NCBI GenBank assembly: GCA_963575745.1
Contig: CAUYUJ010000021.1
Coordinates: forward strand, 62,001 to 119,493
Direction of reading: 5' to 3'
Length of the DNA stretch: 57,493 bases
Origin: Prorocentrum cordatum
Lineage: Eukaryota
Both the position numbers and the translations under genes were made by a program. Positions 40,110 to 52,514 of this stretch are shown one piece after another. The first letter of the stretch is position 1, and every line of letters starts with the position of its first letter. The notes under the pieces were generated by a model. It saw only the letters and a program-made list of their open reading frames with translations, had not been told where the DNA came from and did no database searches.

Positions 40110-41800
40110 AAGTGTCGTTCGAGCGTCGTTGGGTGTTCCCTGCGGTGTTTCGTCGTGTTCCGAATGGCACGCAGGCGTTCAACTTCGACAAATATGTCGC
40201 CCAGAAGGTGGAAATACTCGCAATTTGTTGCTTTTGTCTCGCGGTGCCGGGCCGCGCTCTGAAGTGGGTGCAGGCGCGCGAGTGTGCGCGGAGGAGGAGG
40301 AGGAGAAGGAGGAGGAGGAGGAGGAGGAGGAGGAGGAGGAGGAGGAGGTGGGAGGAGGAGGAGGAGGAGGAGGAGGAGGAGGAGAAGGAGGGGGAGGAGG
40401 AGGATGAGGAGGGAGGAGGAGGAGAATGAGGAGGAAAAGGAGGAGGAGGAGGAGCAGCAGGAGGAGGAGGAGGAGGGGGAGGAGGAGGAGGAGCGCTCTC
40501 TGCGGTGCCCTGCGGCGCCGCGCCGCGCTGCTCCCGTGCCCGGAAGGGCACGCCGCGCGCGGCAGCGCTCTCTTCGGCGGCCGTGCGGGGTTCCCTTCGG
40601 TGCCGCGCAGTGCCCCGCAAGGACCGGACCCTAAGAGAACTCAAGAGGGCCCCAAGAGGTTCCCAAGCGGGCCTTGAGAGGAGGAGGAGGAGGAGGAGGA
40701 GGAGGAGGAGGAGGAGGAGGAGGAGGCAGCGCGGTCGCCTTCGGGCACGCACACGCAGGCGCGCGGAAGTGCGTCTCGGGCGCCCTTCGGTGCTGCCTGC
40801 GGTGCCGCGACGTGCCCGGAGGCGCGCGGAAGTGTGCTTCGAGCGCCGTGCGGTGTTCCCTTCGGTGCCGCGCCGTGCCTGAGAAGGCACGCAGGCGCGC
40901 GGATGTGCGTTTCGAGCGCTTTGTGGCGTTCCCTGCGGTGACACGCCGTGTTCTGAACAGTACGCAAGGGCGCGGGAGTATCGCTCGAGCGTCGTATAGT
41001 GTTCGTTGCGGTGTTTCGTCGCGTGCTGAAAGGCACGCAGGCGTCCAATTTCCAAGAACATGTCGTCCGGAAAGGGCAAATGCTCGGACATTTTCGGAAA
41101 ATTTGCTTTCGTGGTGCCGCGCCGTGTTTTGAACAGTACGCAGGCGCGCGGAAGTGTTTTTGAAGCATCGTTTGGTGTTCCCTGCGGTGTGTCGTCGCGT
41201 CCTGGAAAACACGCGGGCGTCCAACCTTGAAAAATATAGCACCCTGAAGGGGAAGGTGCACTCCAATGTTCGAAAAATGGTTTTGCTGTGCCGGGCCGTT
41301 CCCTGCAGGGCACGCAGGCGCGCGGAAATGTGCTTTGAGCGTTCTTTCGAGTTCCTTGCCTGGGTAGTCGAAGCCAATCTGGCGCCAATCTGGCAGGCGC
41401 AATCTGGCAAACGGGGGCAGTCTGGCGAGGGAGCCAACGCGAATCCAGTCTGGCGAATAACCCAAATCATCCAGTTTGGCCAGGCCAGATTGGCCCTTGG
41501 GGCGCAATCCAATCTGACAGTCTGACCTCCGACTACCCAGTTTGAGCGCTCTTTCGGGTTCCCTGCGGCGTTTCGCCGTGCCGCGCCGTGCCCTGAAGGG
41601 CACGCGTGCGCGCGGAAGTGTTCTTCAAGCGCCGTGTGGTGTTCCCTTCGGTGCGGTGCCGTTCCCTGAAGGGCACGCGGGCGCGCGGAAATGCGGTTTG
41701 AGCGCCCTTTGGGTTTCCCTGCTGCGGCACGCCGTGTTCTGCATGGTACGCGGGCGCGCGGAAGTATCGTCCGAGTGCCGTTTGCGCGGAAGTATGCTCA
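40110..41800. repeat. Continuation of the GC-rich satellite with (GGA)n tracts
   Basis: Same monomer as 26930-28341; GGA runs at 40290-40492 and 40678-40726. Confidence 0.85.
41360..41540. mobile_element. TIR element family C, copy 2, flanked by a 26-bp direct repeat
   Basis: CTGGGTAGTCG...CGACTACCCAG; 41334-41359 is repeated at 41541-41566. Confidence 0.85.
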
Positions 41801-41930
41801 GAGAGGGACCCGGGGAGGGACCCGGGGAGGGACCCAGAGAGGGACCCAGAGAGGAACCCCGAGGGGGACCCCGAGAGGGACCCAGAGAGGGACCCCGAGG
41901 GGGACCCTGAGAGGGGCCCCGAGAGGGACC
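41800..41930. repeat. 12-bp minisatellite (GAGGGACCCNGA)
   Basis: About 10 tandem units. Confidence 0.85.
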
Positions 41931-43029
41931 CACGTGGCCCCAACGGGTACTCCGCCGAACGCCCCAGTGGCAGGGTCCGCATGCAATTGCACACCCATTT
42001 TTGGCGCACCCCTCACACGCTTCGTGGCCATAGTCTGGTCCACAGAAGGCCCCAGTGGCAGGGTCCGCATGCATTTCCACATCCCAAAAAGCCTCTAAGA
42101 GGCCCCCAAGAGGCCCCATTAGTTCGAACAGAACCCTAAAAGAACCCAAAACAGCTCCCAAGAGGCCTCCAAACTGCCTCCCGGAGGCATCCAACAGGCC
42201 TCTCACGAGATCCCTACGGACATTTAATAGGCTCCATGCCCACAACCCAAGCACGTTGACGGGATGGGCCCAAAGCCATTCGATCCGCCGCCCCCTGTCG
42301 ATTCATCGCAGGGGTGCCTGGCGTGCTAAATTATTTCGTTTTTGGTTTTGGCTCTTTTTCCAAAAGAACTTCCTGGGGTTTCGGCCCGTCCGCAGGGGTC
42401 CCGGGACGATCTTCACGGAGCTCAATTCCCGGAGAAATCCTCCAAGACTGCTCAAGATGGCGTCCAAGATGGCCACGTTGGCCCAAGATGGCCTCCAAGA
42501 TGGTCCCAGATGGCCTCCAAGTCTGCCGAAGATGGTCCAAGATGGCCTCCAAGACGGCCTCAGAGAGTCCAAAATGACCCCAAGTTCGCCCAAGAAGCCT
42601 CCAAGACGCCTCCAAGACAACCCAAGAAGTTTGAAGGGGGCTGGAAGGCCCAGCCAACAGCTTCGCCTCAGGCGAAGCCAAGCTCCCGCTCTGTCGCATC
42701 GTAGCAACGATAGTCCCAATGCAAGAGGAAATGCCATCTCAAGCAAGAGGGAGCACCTTTTGGTCTCGATAGCGATTGTGTGCCCCGCGGTGAGGCACAG
42801 GCAAAACTGGGCGGCCGGCCGCTTTGAGCCAAGGCGGCCGCGGGCGCACAATCGCTTCCACTCCTTACGTCCCCCAACTCGCTTTAGAATCGGGGGGGGG
42901 AGACGAAGCGTGCGTCCGCCGCCGCATGGCAGGAACAGTTCAGCAGCTAACCTATACAAGGACAGGAAAAGGGACGGGCCAAAGGAGATGGACCTGCCAG
43001 CAAGTTGCCTCGCATATGTAACGCACTCA

Positions 43030-46000
43030 TCAGGCGGCCTCAGAGCTTGTTGTCTGGCCGGCCCGATATGGAGCATGTCTCTTCAGGTCATGTTTGAGGG
43101 TCTGTATACCTCCCATGACTTGTAGGAGCATCTCTCTGTCGATGCCCCCCTTGGCGTGTCCATCCGCAATCATGTCGCGGGTATCGCACCACTGAATGCT
43201 ATGCACGATTCCACGCTCCATCATCTGTCGCATCCAACTTATGTGTCCTAAAAAGGGTACACTCAGTCGGCTTCTTTAAGCCTTCGCTTGACAAGGACTA
43301 AAAAACAGACTCAGCATCGATGGTCAGAGTGACCTTGATGCTCAGGCCACCCAGCTCAAATCTATCTTTCAACTGAGTGGGCGTGAGCGGCCCCGCGTGG
43401 AACTCGCGCAGTCAGAATCGCGGGATAACAGTCATCCAAGTTATGGGCTGCTGCGAAGTGTCTCTGCTGAGTAGCTTGAGCGGACTTGCCAGCGGTAAGA
43501 CTTGCAGTGCGCATCAATCAAGTGAACGACAGGCTTGCCAGATGACGTGTTTCCACGTCGTAGCAGGTTTGCCCCGCGAATACAATAGCCTTTGACGTCG
43601 GCATCGGCGTCTCCGCTCAGGCGTCGATAGCCTGAGTCGCTATGTAAGTCGACCTCGCCCGCGGGGTTCATCGCCTGGTAGACGATCTTCTTTGGGCAGG
43701 CCTGTAACTTTCTAGTGATCGCGCTCAGTCGTCGCACTTGAATATTGGTCGGTTCTTGGACACGCTGAAGAGATACAACGTATACCATCAACCATGCCTG
43801 GGTGAACAGGGCGCGCGCCGGCGCACCTCTGAGGCTGACGAACATGTATGCCACCATCTTGGTCGCTTGAGCGCCAACGTCAGCACCAGTCAATTCAGGA
43901 TGTTGTATAGGACGGAGCTGTTTGATATATTCATCTTGGTCCAGAGTAGCATGGCCATCCTCATCGTTAGTGTATCTCACAGCACAGTTAGCGCATGTGT
44001 GCTTGTTGAGATTACACTTGCCGAAGGTATCCTCAACGCATGTGACATACTTGTCAATAGTGCCCTCAGTGCTGGCCATATCAATGTCATCAACATGCTT
44101 GGCCGTGAGCAAGTTGTTGCTGGTCTCGAACTCCTCGTCGCAGGGCGCGGGTCGGAGGCCAAATCCTCTAGTAATTCTCCTGAAATTAACTGAGAAAGCC
44201 CGGGGGGCGCCCTTAGTGCCTGCGCCCGGTTTCATGCACTGTAGACAATGCTTTGACTCGTCGTAGTTCTCAAATCCTGGAAGAGCACGGAGCGCAGTTG
44301 CCGATCCAGGCGGCGAAGTAAAGCACGCCACGCGTTCCTTTTCACCAGTTGCCTCAGCAAGTTCCTGATAGGCCAATCCCTCCAGGAAGGCCATGTTGAT
44401 GTCAAGGGATGCAATGAGCCGCTGTTTCTTGCACGCTGCCGTGCTTGCAAATGACCCTCTGGCCGTTCCCGAAAATGTTTCTACGTCGAAAGCTGCGACA
44501 TCCACGACGCCTCGAAGTGCCAAACGAAGTCGGATGGCACGTTCCATCTCGCCCTCGTCGTCCTTCACGAATTTCCATGTGTATACATACCTCGAAGTCA
44601 CGATGTTCGAGGCTGTGGCTATCTCCTGCATCTTAAAGCATTTGTTGTCGAACCATGTCTTGAGCTCGGCGAAAAGGGTCTTCGGCATTTTCTCGGGATT
44701 CGCCTGAACGTCAGCTTTGGCGAGGAGGTCGTCTTCCTTGATGACCGCGGCTCGATTTGCAGCGGCGGTAACATATACTCGCATAGTGGTCACCCGGCCG
44801 GCATCTAATACCATGCGTTGCTGCTCGGACAAGAGTACCCTTGACATTTCTGTCGTATAACAAAATTCAAAATGTCGACCCTTTTCGTCCGAGTCGAGTC
44901 CGTAGCCGTCGTCTTCGACCATGGTGCACAGGGGGGCGTAGTACGTCTCCTCGGCATAGGAATCGCGAGTGCGCCCCCGCTTCGGCAGGCGCCCCCGCTG
45001 TTCATCAGCTACAGTGATCAACGCACTCTGATCAGGAACCATATGTGTGGGTACGGTAAGGAGGTATTCTAGTGGAGCTGCCTCCAACAAGTCTCTGTCC
45101 TCTCGCAGTTCCGCGTACCACACCTCCATAACATGTGACTCAATATCAGCTTCTGATTCCTCGTAAATCGTAGACAGCCGTCCGTCATCATGTTCTGGTT
45201 CGGCTTCTGAAGCCTCTTCTGTGGCTCCTTCATGCGTCGGCGCATCCGCCAAATCCTCAAACTTTGACACGTCCTGATCGAAGCCTGCCTGAGGTTTAGT
45301 GGACTTCCAGTCCAGTGAATGTGCTGATCCAGCTATGTCATTATATTCAGAGTACCACCTTCTGCTTCATAGTAGTGGAATCCTGGATTCACGTCGCTGT
45401 CGCAATGGACCAAAGTGCAGCTCTCAGCATAAGTAACCGGAGGAAGCTTATGAATACCTCTGGCTAATCTGACCGGAACTACGCTCTCGATGCGAATGAA
45501 GTTTCTGATGAGATATTATAAGGCCAAGTGTACCTTTGGGGATAGACGACTTGCAGTTGTCATCTGAGGCGTACTTTTCTTGGTCGGCACACAACCACAT
45601 GTCAGGGCAGGTCTCCCCGCGGCCAGGCTGGCTGCGAATGTCAACGCTGTACGTAGGGTGGTGTTGTCGGAGCCAATCTCTCGAGCTCTGAGTGTTTCAA
45701 TATAGAGCGAATGTCTTGCATCGCCGCTTTGTATTTGAACATCTCAATTGCGTACTCGGATGATGACCTGACCCCTTTCGGGATCATTCCTTACGACTGG
45801 GAACGGGCCATTCCAGCCTCCACAGTCATCTAGAGTAGTCGTCGGGCGATGGTAGTCGACCAAATCTCCTTCGTCATAATAGCGCTGACCTGTAATTGTC
45901 GTCTTAGTGTGTAGAGCACGATTGGTCTTAGCTACTGCAGTGGCCTGTGTGTTCGCTTCAATACATATCCTGCGTATCGTCTGTTCACGAGAATGATATG

Positions 46001-46420
46001 ATGTTTCTGTCGGCTGCTCGTGGTCCAGAACAGGAAGGTCAGGGAGCATTGCTGGTTGCCGTCCAAACAATGCGCTGTATGGAAACACTTCATTATAGAA
46101 GGTAAAGGCACTGGCGGCGAACAAGGCTTCGTGCAGTAGTCTGGTGGACACAAGAGGTATGTCCAACCTATTGAGTTCAGCCTCCATGACGTGAATTAGA
46201 TGACGTAGGATGCCACTTCTGGTCTCGATCGTCGTAGCGTGTTGTCCACGCGCACGTATTTTGAGTTCAGTGCCTTTTGCCTTGAGGATTGCTTTCGCAA
46301 TGTCATTATTCAGGGCACCTTCTCCGTCGGAGTAAAATACCTTAGCCAGTCCAGACTGCATCCAGCACTGATGATATGCATCCAGGATAGTGGTCATAGT
46401 TATGTCTGGTGTTTCCATCA
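43030..46420 (-). pseudogene. Second Copia-order pol remnant (IN-RT-RH); no LTRs seen
   Basis: IN: YSDGEGAL, QHATTIETR, LFGRQP. RT: SRYVYTWK, SLDINMAFLEG, KHVDD. RH: HSDSGY, IDAESVF, IQWCDTRDMIADG. Confidence 0.85.
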
Positions 46421-47229
46421 CATAGCATATCGGGAGCGCGGCCTCGAGGGGCCTGGCCGCGGGCGCCGCCGGCGCCGCCGGCGCCGTCCGAAGCCAGCGG
46501 CGCAGCCAAGGGGCGGCCTCCTCCGTCCCTGCCTCCCTTCCTCCGTCTTGCTGTCCGTCCCTCAATGCCCCTCACTCTCTCTCTACATGTCTCTCCCTCC
46601 CACTCTCTCTACCTCTCTCTCTGCATATAAAATATGTATATAGATATCTCTCTCCCTCTCCCTCTCTCTGCCTATCCCCTATCCCCTCTCCCTCCCCCTT
46701 CGATCCTCCATTCAAATGTTGATCCTGTTCTCATCGTCTCAAGCATTCCAGCGAGCCAGGCAAGAGCTGGCCTTAAGCTTTTTGACGTGCTTCACCGTCG
46801 TCGGCATCCGCACGCCTTCCTGTCAATCATTCTGGGAGGAGAAGGGTGACGAGGGCAAGGACGAGATGCGAAAGGAAGGAACCGCGGATGGCAGGTGCTT
46901 GACGCAAAGGCTGGGGAATGTCGTCCGCAACCGCTTGTGACAAGATGTGTTGCCAAATATCTGCCCAATCCACCTTCTGACTCGCCTCCCCCCTGCCCCT
47001 CCCACACCCCATCCTCCTCCTACATCCCTTTTCTTTATAGGAGGAAGTGGAGGAGGAGGAGAAGGAGGAGGAGGAGGAGGAGGGAGGAGGAGGAGGAGGG
47101 AGGAGGGAGGAGGAGGAGGAGGGAGGAGGAGGAGGAGGAGGAGGAGGAGGAGGAGGAGGAGGATCGCCGCCGTGCCGCCCGCTGGGCACGGAATGAGCGT
47201 GTCCTCAGGTCCTTTGCCGAATCTCTTCC

Positions 47230-48340
47230 ACTTCACAGGCAAGCCGCACATCGTCACCAACGACGCCCTGTACGCCGACGACGCGCTGCTCGTGGCCTAC
47301 GATGGGCGTGTCCTCGGGTCTTTCTTTCTTTCTCTAGGCCTGAGTCACAGTGATGACGGCCGGTTGGAAATGGCAGTAATGATGGCCATCACTGCTTGGA
47401 CAGCTTCGTCCAGAGCGATTGCCTCGGCTGTGAAGGAAGAAATAGGGTCGCGAAGAAAAGTGCCTCCTAATATGATCGGGGTGGTCACTATGTAGGCCCC
47501 CTTCCGGACGACAGTTTCGATGCACCATGCTGCCGCAGAACACGCTGCTCGTGGACTACGATGAGCCATCCCTCCAGAAGCATGTCCTGACCGGTGTACG
47601 AAATTGTAAATCGTTTGGTCTTGATCTGACTGCTGGGAAGACAATATTATAGAGAAAGCGATCCAATGACACTGTGCTTGGGCCTAACTGTGAAACAATC
47701 AAGTGCCAAGATTATGTTGTGTACCTGAGGGGATTCAGGTGCAGGTGGGAAGGCCAAAACTGAGCTCACACAGCGACTGGGGGAAGCGAACGGAGAATTT
47801 CACAAACTACGCACGGTGTGGGGCCATGCGAATATGACCCGACAACACAAATTTCGGGTACTGCAAGCCTGTGTGTACTCTGAAATACTATACGGGCTCG
47901 AATCTTGCATGTTACTGAAGGCGGACTGCGATCGGCTTGTCAACTGCCAAGCAAAATACTTGCGACTGATTTTCAACATAGCGCCAGCTTTCCTGTCTCG
48001 CGTCAGCAACGCTGATGCATGGGCGGCACCGGCAGCCTGCCCACTATCAACTTGTTGATTACAGCGTCCATTGAACTTCTACGGCGAGCTGGCAAAGGGG
48101 ACCGCCCGGCAGTGCTCAGCCTGTCAAGAGCAGTGTTCCAAGTTGGCCAAGACTACTGTGCTCTGCCCAGGGACTGGGGCACGCCGCGCCTCAGAGTGCG
48201 CCCGCGATTACAATGGAACGCCTACATGCACGCTCAAGCCCTGGCTGTGGCAGGGAGCAACCCCGACAGATTGCAAGCCTAGCCTTCCTGCGTGGAGCGC
48301 CAGGGCCCTGGAACGCAGCTGTTGTAGACTTTCGCTTTAC
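47230..48340 (+). pseudogene. Non-LTR (LINE) reverse transcriptase fragments
   Basis: LYADDALL at 47268-47291; VWGHANMTRQHKFRVLQACVYSEILYGLES...YLRLIF..AFLSRVSN (47816-48010) is typical of the post-RT region of LINEs. Confidence 0.75.
47345..47644 (-). pseudogene. Possible RNase H-like C-terminal fragment of another retroelement, inserted antisense
   Basis: SSFTAEAIALDEAV helix resembles the RNase H 'AE..AL' motif; it interrupts the LINE fragment. Confidence 0.4.
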
Positions 48341-48369
48341 ATAATAACTTTGCGTGGGTTCCCGCCCTC

Positions 48370-48434
48370 TCTCCTCCTGCTCCTCCTGCTCCTCCTGCTC
48401 CTCCTGCACCTCCTGGTCCTGGTCCTGGTCCTGG

Positions 48435-48478
<44 letters not shown>

Positions 48479-48540
48479 ATGCTCCTCCTCCTCCTCCTCC
48501 TCCTCCTCCTCCTCCTCCTCCTCCTCCTCCTCCTCCTCCT
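48370..48540. repeat. (CTCCTG)n/(GTCCTG)n/(CCT)n microsatellite
   Basis: Directly visible. Confidence 0.95.
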
Positions 48541-51268
48541 GAACACTGTAGCATATCCTCGCGCTTCGCTGGGGCAAAACCGTTCAGCGTACGCTTCCGA
48601 AGCACAGCAAAGGGCACGTTTGCACGAATCGCTCTTTTGGTTCTAATTCGCTTGTGTTTTACGAGCCATTATTCCTGCCAGTGCGCCGTCCAGGCGCGGC
48701 TGTGTGTGTTAAGCCTCAGTCTTCAATCCTCAGGAGCCGTTCAGGGCCCAAACCCCAAATTCTCTCACATATTTTTGAGTTTGGCGCGGTTCCCTTGGGC
48801 TCTGGCGCATCGTCTCGCTGATTTCCTGGGGCTGAGGGCGCGCAAACGGGCCAAGAGGGCCCCGAGAGGCGCCAAAAACGGCCCAAGAGGGCGCCGATTC
48901 GCCGAACGATCGGTTCAAGACGCCCAAGATGGCCACATGACGGCCCAATAAGATTTACACCCCAAGAAAAACACAAGATCCGCCCCAAGAGGGCCCCGAA
49001 GAGGCCAAAATCCGCCGACCCCTTGTGGGTCTCTAGGCGCATGAGAAAGTCCCCGCCCCCCCCAAGGGCACCGAACCGGGAATCTGACCCCCCCCATGGC
49101 CGCGCGCGACCCACCCCCGAACTCATCGGGGGGAACCCGGCCTTTCCAGACTCCCTTTCCAGCTTTCTGGGCCGCCTCCCAAGGGGCACCCGAGACGGCG
49201 CCCGAGGGCCCCCATGCGCTCAAGATCGCTCAAAGACGCTCCAGATGGGCCCAAGAGGCCGCCAAGACGCTCCAAGAGGCGCTCGAGAAGCTGCCCAAGA
49301 GCGCACCGGGAGGCAAACATCAAAGTTTTTCCATGGGTTGCTAAATTCGTATTGGCCTCTCGCGTTTCCTCCTTCCCGACGTTCCAAGACGCTCCAACAG
49401 GGGCCCAACATCGCCCCGACTCAACCCTGAAGGCTCCCAAAACGGCCCAGGAGGACCCCGCGACATCTCCAGAGGCTTCCTAGACGGCCCGAAAGGCCCT
49501 CGAAGCGACTCCAACACTGGACCCAGACGGGAGACCCGAACGGACATTTCGGGTCCTCGGCCCCGAGGTCGCCCCAACAGGCCCCAATGCGGCCCCGAGA
49601 GGCCCCGACAAGCCTACAACTGGCCTATAACAGGCACCCTGGAGGTGTCAAAAGGTCCCAAAACGCCCCGCACAAACCCCAAAACGAGCCAAGACGACCC
49701 GAACCTGCTTTGAACAGGCCCCGACAGACCTACCAAGAGAGCCCAACGAACAATCCAGAGGCCTCTCACTCACAACCTGGGCGCGGTGGCGGGATGGCCC
49801 GCAGGCTATGCGCGGACCATTCCTCTGGCGTTTCCAAATAAGTCCGCCGTCTCTGAACGTTGTTCCTCGCTTGTTTCCCCCTGCGCGCGCGGGAAACACT
49901 GCAGCTGTCAGCTGCAGATTTTGCCATCAACCCACTGCACACCCCCCATGTTCACGACGCTGCCCCGCCCGCCTCGCCCCGCGGAGCCCCCCGCTGACCC
50001 TGCCCCGCAACCACGTCGGGACGAACCGAAAGCCACGGCAGATTTCACATCCCTGGAGCACGCGCGGCCTGCACATCCAGAGGGCCAGCAAACACCTCTG
50101 GGGCACCGCAGTCGCCCCCGACCGGTCCGACCAGCCACGCAAGGCATGCCTTCAGGATCCAAGACCACATGTTCAGGCGTCCTCCTCCTCACCTTCCTTT
50201 TCCGACTCCTCCTCCTCCTCGTCCTCCGCGCCCCCCCCTCGTTATGTCCCCCCTGTCGATTCGGGGCTTTCGCGCCCTGCCGCGAACGCTGCAGCGGGCC
50301 TCGCGCGCGCGACTTGCACTGCGAGGTGCCGTTCTGGTGAGAACGCGCGAAATGCGGCCCAGCGACAAAAATTGCACTTCGGGCTGTTGCAGGCGCCAAA
50401 ACACATGCGCGCCTACCAACTCCGCGTCATAAGTGCGAGGCCCAAACAATCTGCGCATGCAACTTTACCCATCCGCGTGAAGTGATATTTCTCCTGTCTG
50501 TCACTGATGCGTTCCTGCCGCGGAAGCGCCGTCTCGCGCGCCGCGCGCCCACTTCGCCGCATCGGCCACTCCCTTCGCAGCGGCGCCCAGTTTCGCACGC
50601 GCCCCTCGCGCCGCCCTGAGTCTTATCGCCGCCCGGCAATTCTTTGCCTGGCCCTGGTTCGCATGATCGGTTGTTCGACTAGCCCCCCCGCGCCCTGGCG
50701 CGCAACGCGTCAGCGGCCGCGCTTCCGCCCCCATTTTCCAATTGCGGCTGTTCGACTCGAGTCGCCTTCTGCCGTCCTGCACGGCCCCTCCCGCTGCATC
50801 GCGCTTCTTCTGCACTTCCGACACCAGCGCCCGCTCTTCGAACAGCGACGGGCATTTGCCGTTCGAACACCGCGCAGCGCCTGCGCTCTCGTTTCGCTTC
50901 GCGCTACCGCGCCGCGATTTCTGCGGCGCTTTCACATGGCTGCGTTTCGCGCAACACATGGTCCGAATACGTTTCGGCTCCTCCGCGACGGCCGCTTCCG
51001 CGCCCCCCTCGCCGGCCCCCTTCCGCGCCCGTCCATGACCCCTCCACCCCGTTGCAACTGCTTTGCGCGTTTTGCGCCATTTCCCCCCGGAGCCCCCCAT
51101 TACCTCTGCGCACTCCTCGCAGAGCGCTGGCCCGCCCTTCCCCCGGAACCCATGGAGAAGTCTTTCACGAGCAGCCTCCGCCAGGGCCGCCCACGCTGAT
51201 CCCGCGGCATTAGCTCCGCTTCCCACTCTTCCTTGTCCACGCGCCCCTCTCGGATAACCTGCGATAGT

Positions 51269-52514
51269 CCCACCAGCCCTTTGGGCGTGAGTGGTTTAGC
51301 GAGCTTTCTCTGTCCTCAACCCCCCAACCCCCCTTCTTCCCCTTCGGGGAGGGGTTTACCCCTCCCCCTCCCCCCTCCCCCTGGGTCTGGAGAGGGCGGG
51401 CCGCGGGTCGTTGGAGGGGTCTTTTTCGACTCCTGGGAGGGCTAAAAAACGACGACCCTCACGAGGATTCTGGCCCCGACGGGGGGGCACCGTTTGGCCC
51501 CCCTCCTCTTCTTTAAAGCCAGAATCATTGATTTTACTACGGTTTTGGCCCCATTTTGGCGTCCTGAGGGGGCCGCGCTCATCTTCCTTCATAGCAAAAT
51601 CATTGATTTTACGAAGGTTTTCGGCTCATTTTGTCCTTCTCAGGGGGCAGCTCTCATTTGCGCTTCTGAGGAGGGCCCCAAGATGGCCCCAAGAGGCCCC
51701 CAGGAGGCTCCCAAGAGGCCTCCAAGAGGCCCCAAAGAGGCCCCCAAGCGGCCCCCAAGAGGCTCCTAAGAGGCCCCCAAGAGGCCCCCAAGAGGCCCCA
51801 AGAGGCCCCAAGAGGCCCCCAAGAGGCCCCCAAGAGGCCCCCAAGAGGCCCCCAAGAGGCCACACGAGGCTCCAAGAGGCCCCCAAGGGGCCCCACGAGG
51901 AGCCCGAACGACTCACATCAGGACGAGGGGCCCGAACGACTCACACCACGAAGAGGCCGAACGACTCACACCACAAGGAGGGGCCCGAACGACTCACACC
52001 AGGACGAGGCGCCCGAACGAACTCACACCACGAGGAGCCCGAAGGACTCACACCACGACGCGGGCCCCGAACGACTCACACCACGAGGAGCCCGAACGAG
52101 TCACACCAGGAGGAGGGGCCCGAACGACTCACACCAGGACGAGGGGCCCGAACAACTCACACCACGAGAAGCCCGAACGACTCACACCAGGACGAAGAGC
52201 CCGAACGACTCACACCATGAAGAGCCCGAACGACTCACACCAGGAAGAAGGGCCCCGCGACCCTCGGGGCCGACGACTCCAAACCCCGACGCTCTCAAAC
52301 GGACAGATAGGAGTGGGGGACTCCCCTCCTCCTTCGCCTCGCCCTTCTCCCGCTCCCCCCGCAAGGAGGATGTACAAGGAGGCGGGAGGAAGGAGGAACA
52401 GGGGAGATATGCGGGGCCCAGCGGACACACGCCTGAAAAACACGACTGTCGGCATGCTTCGCGAGAGTTGCTGCTGTGAGATGGGCCGGTGGGGATACGC
52501 GAAGCGTAAAGAAT
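51269..52514 (+). mobile_element. Helentron/Helitron2-like non-autonomous element, copy 2
   Basis: Colinear with 34784-36113: CCCACCAGCCC...GGGCCGGTGGG-GA-TACGCGAAGCGTA-AAGAAT, at T^T; internal GGCCCCAAGA and ~23-bp CCCGAACGACTCACACC arrays. Confidence 0.85.

Noticed and set aside
42055..43125. 356-aa plus-strand ORF
   Set aside because: Crosses GGCCCCAAGA repeats and the antisense end of a Copia remnant; no coherent domain.
46935..46943. TTGTGACA resembling the transposon TIR
   Set aside because: No partner TIR, no adjacent GGA junction and no subterminal TAAC array.
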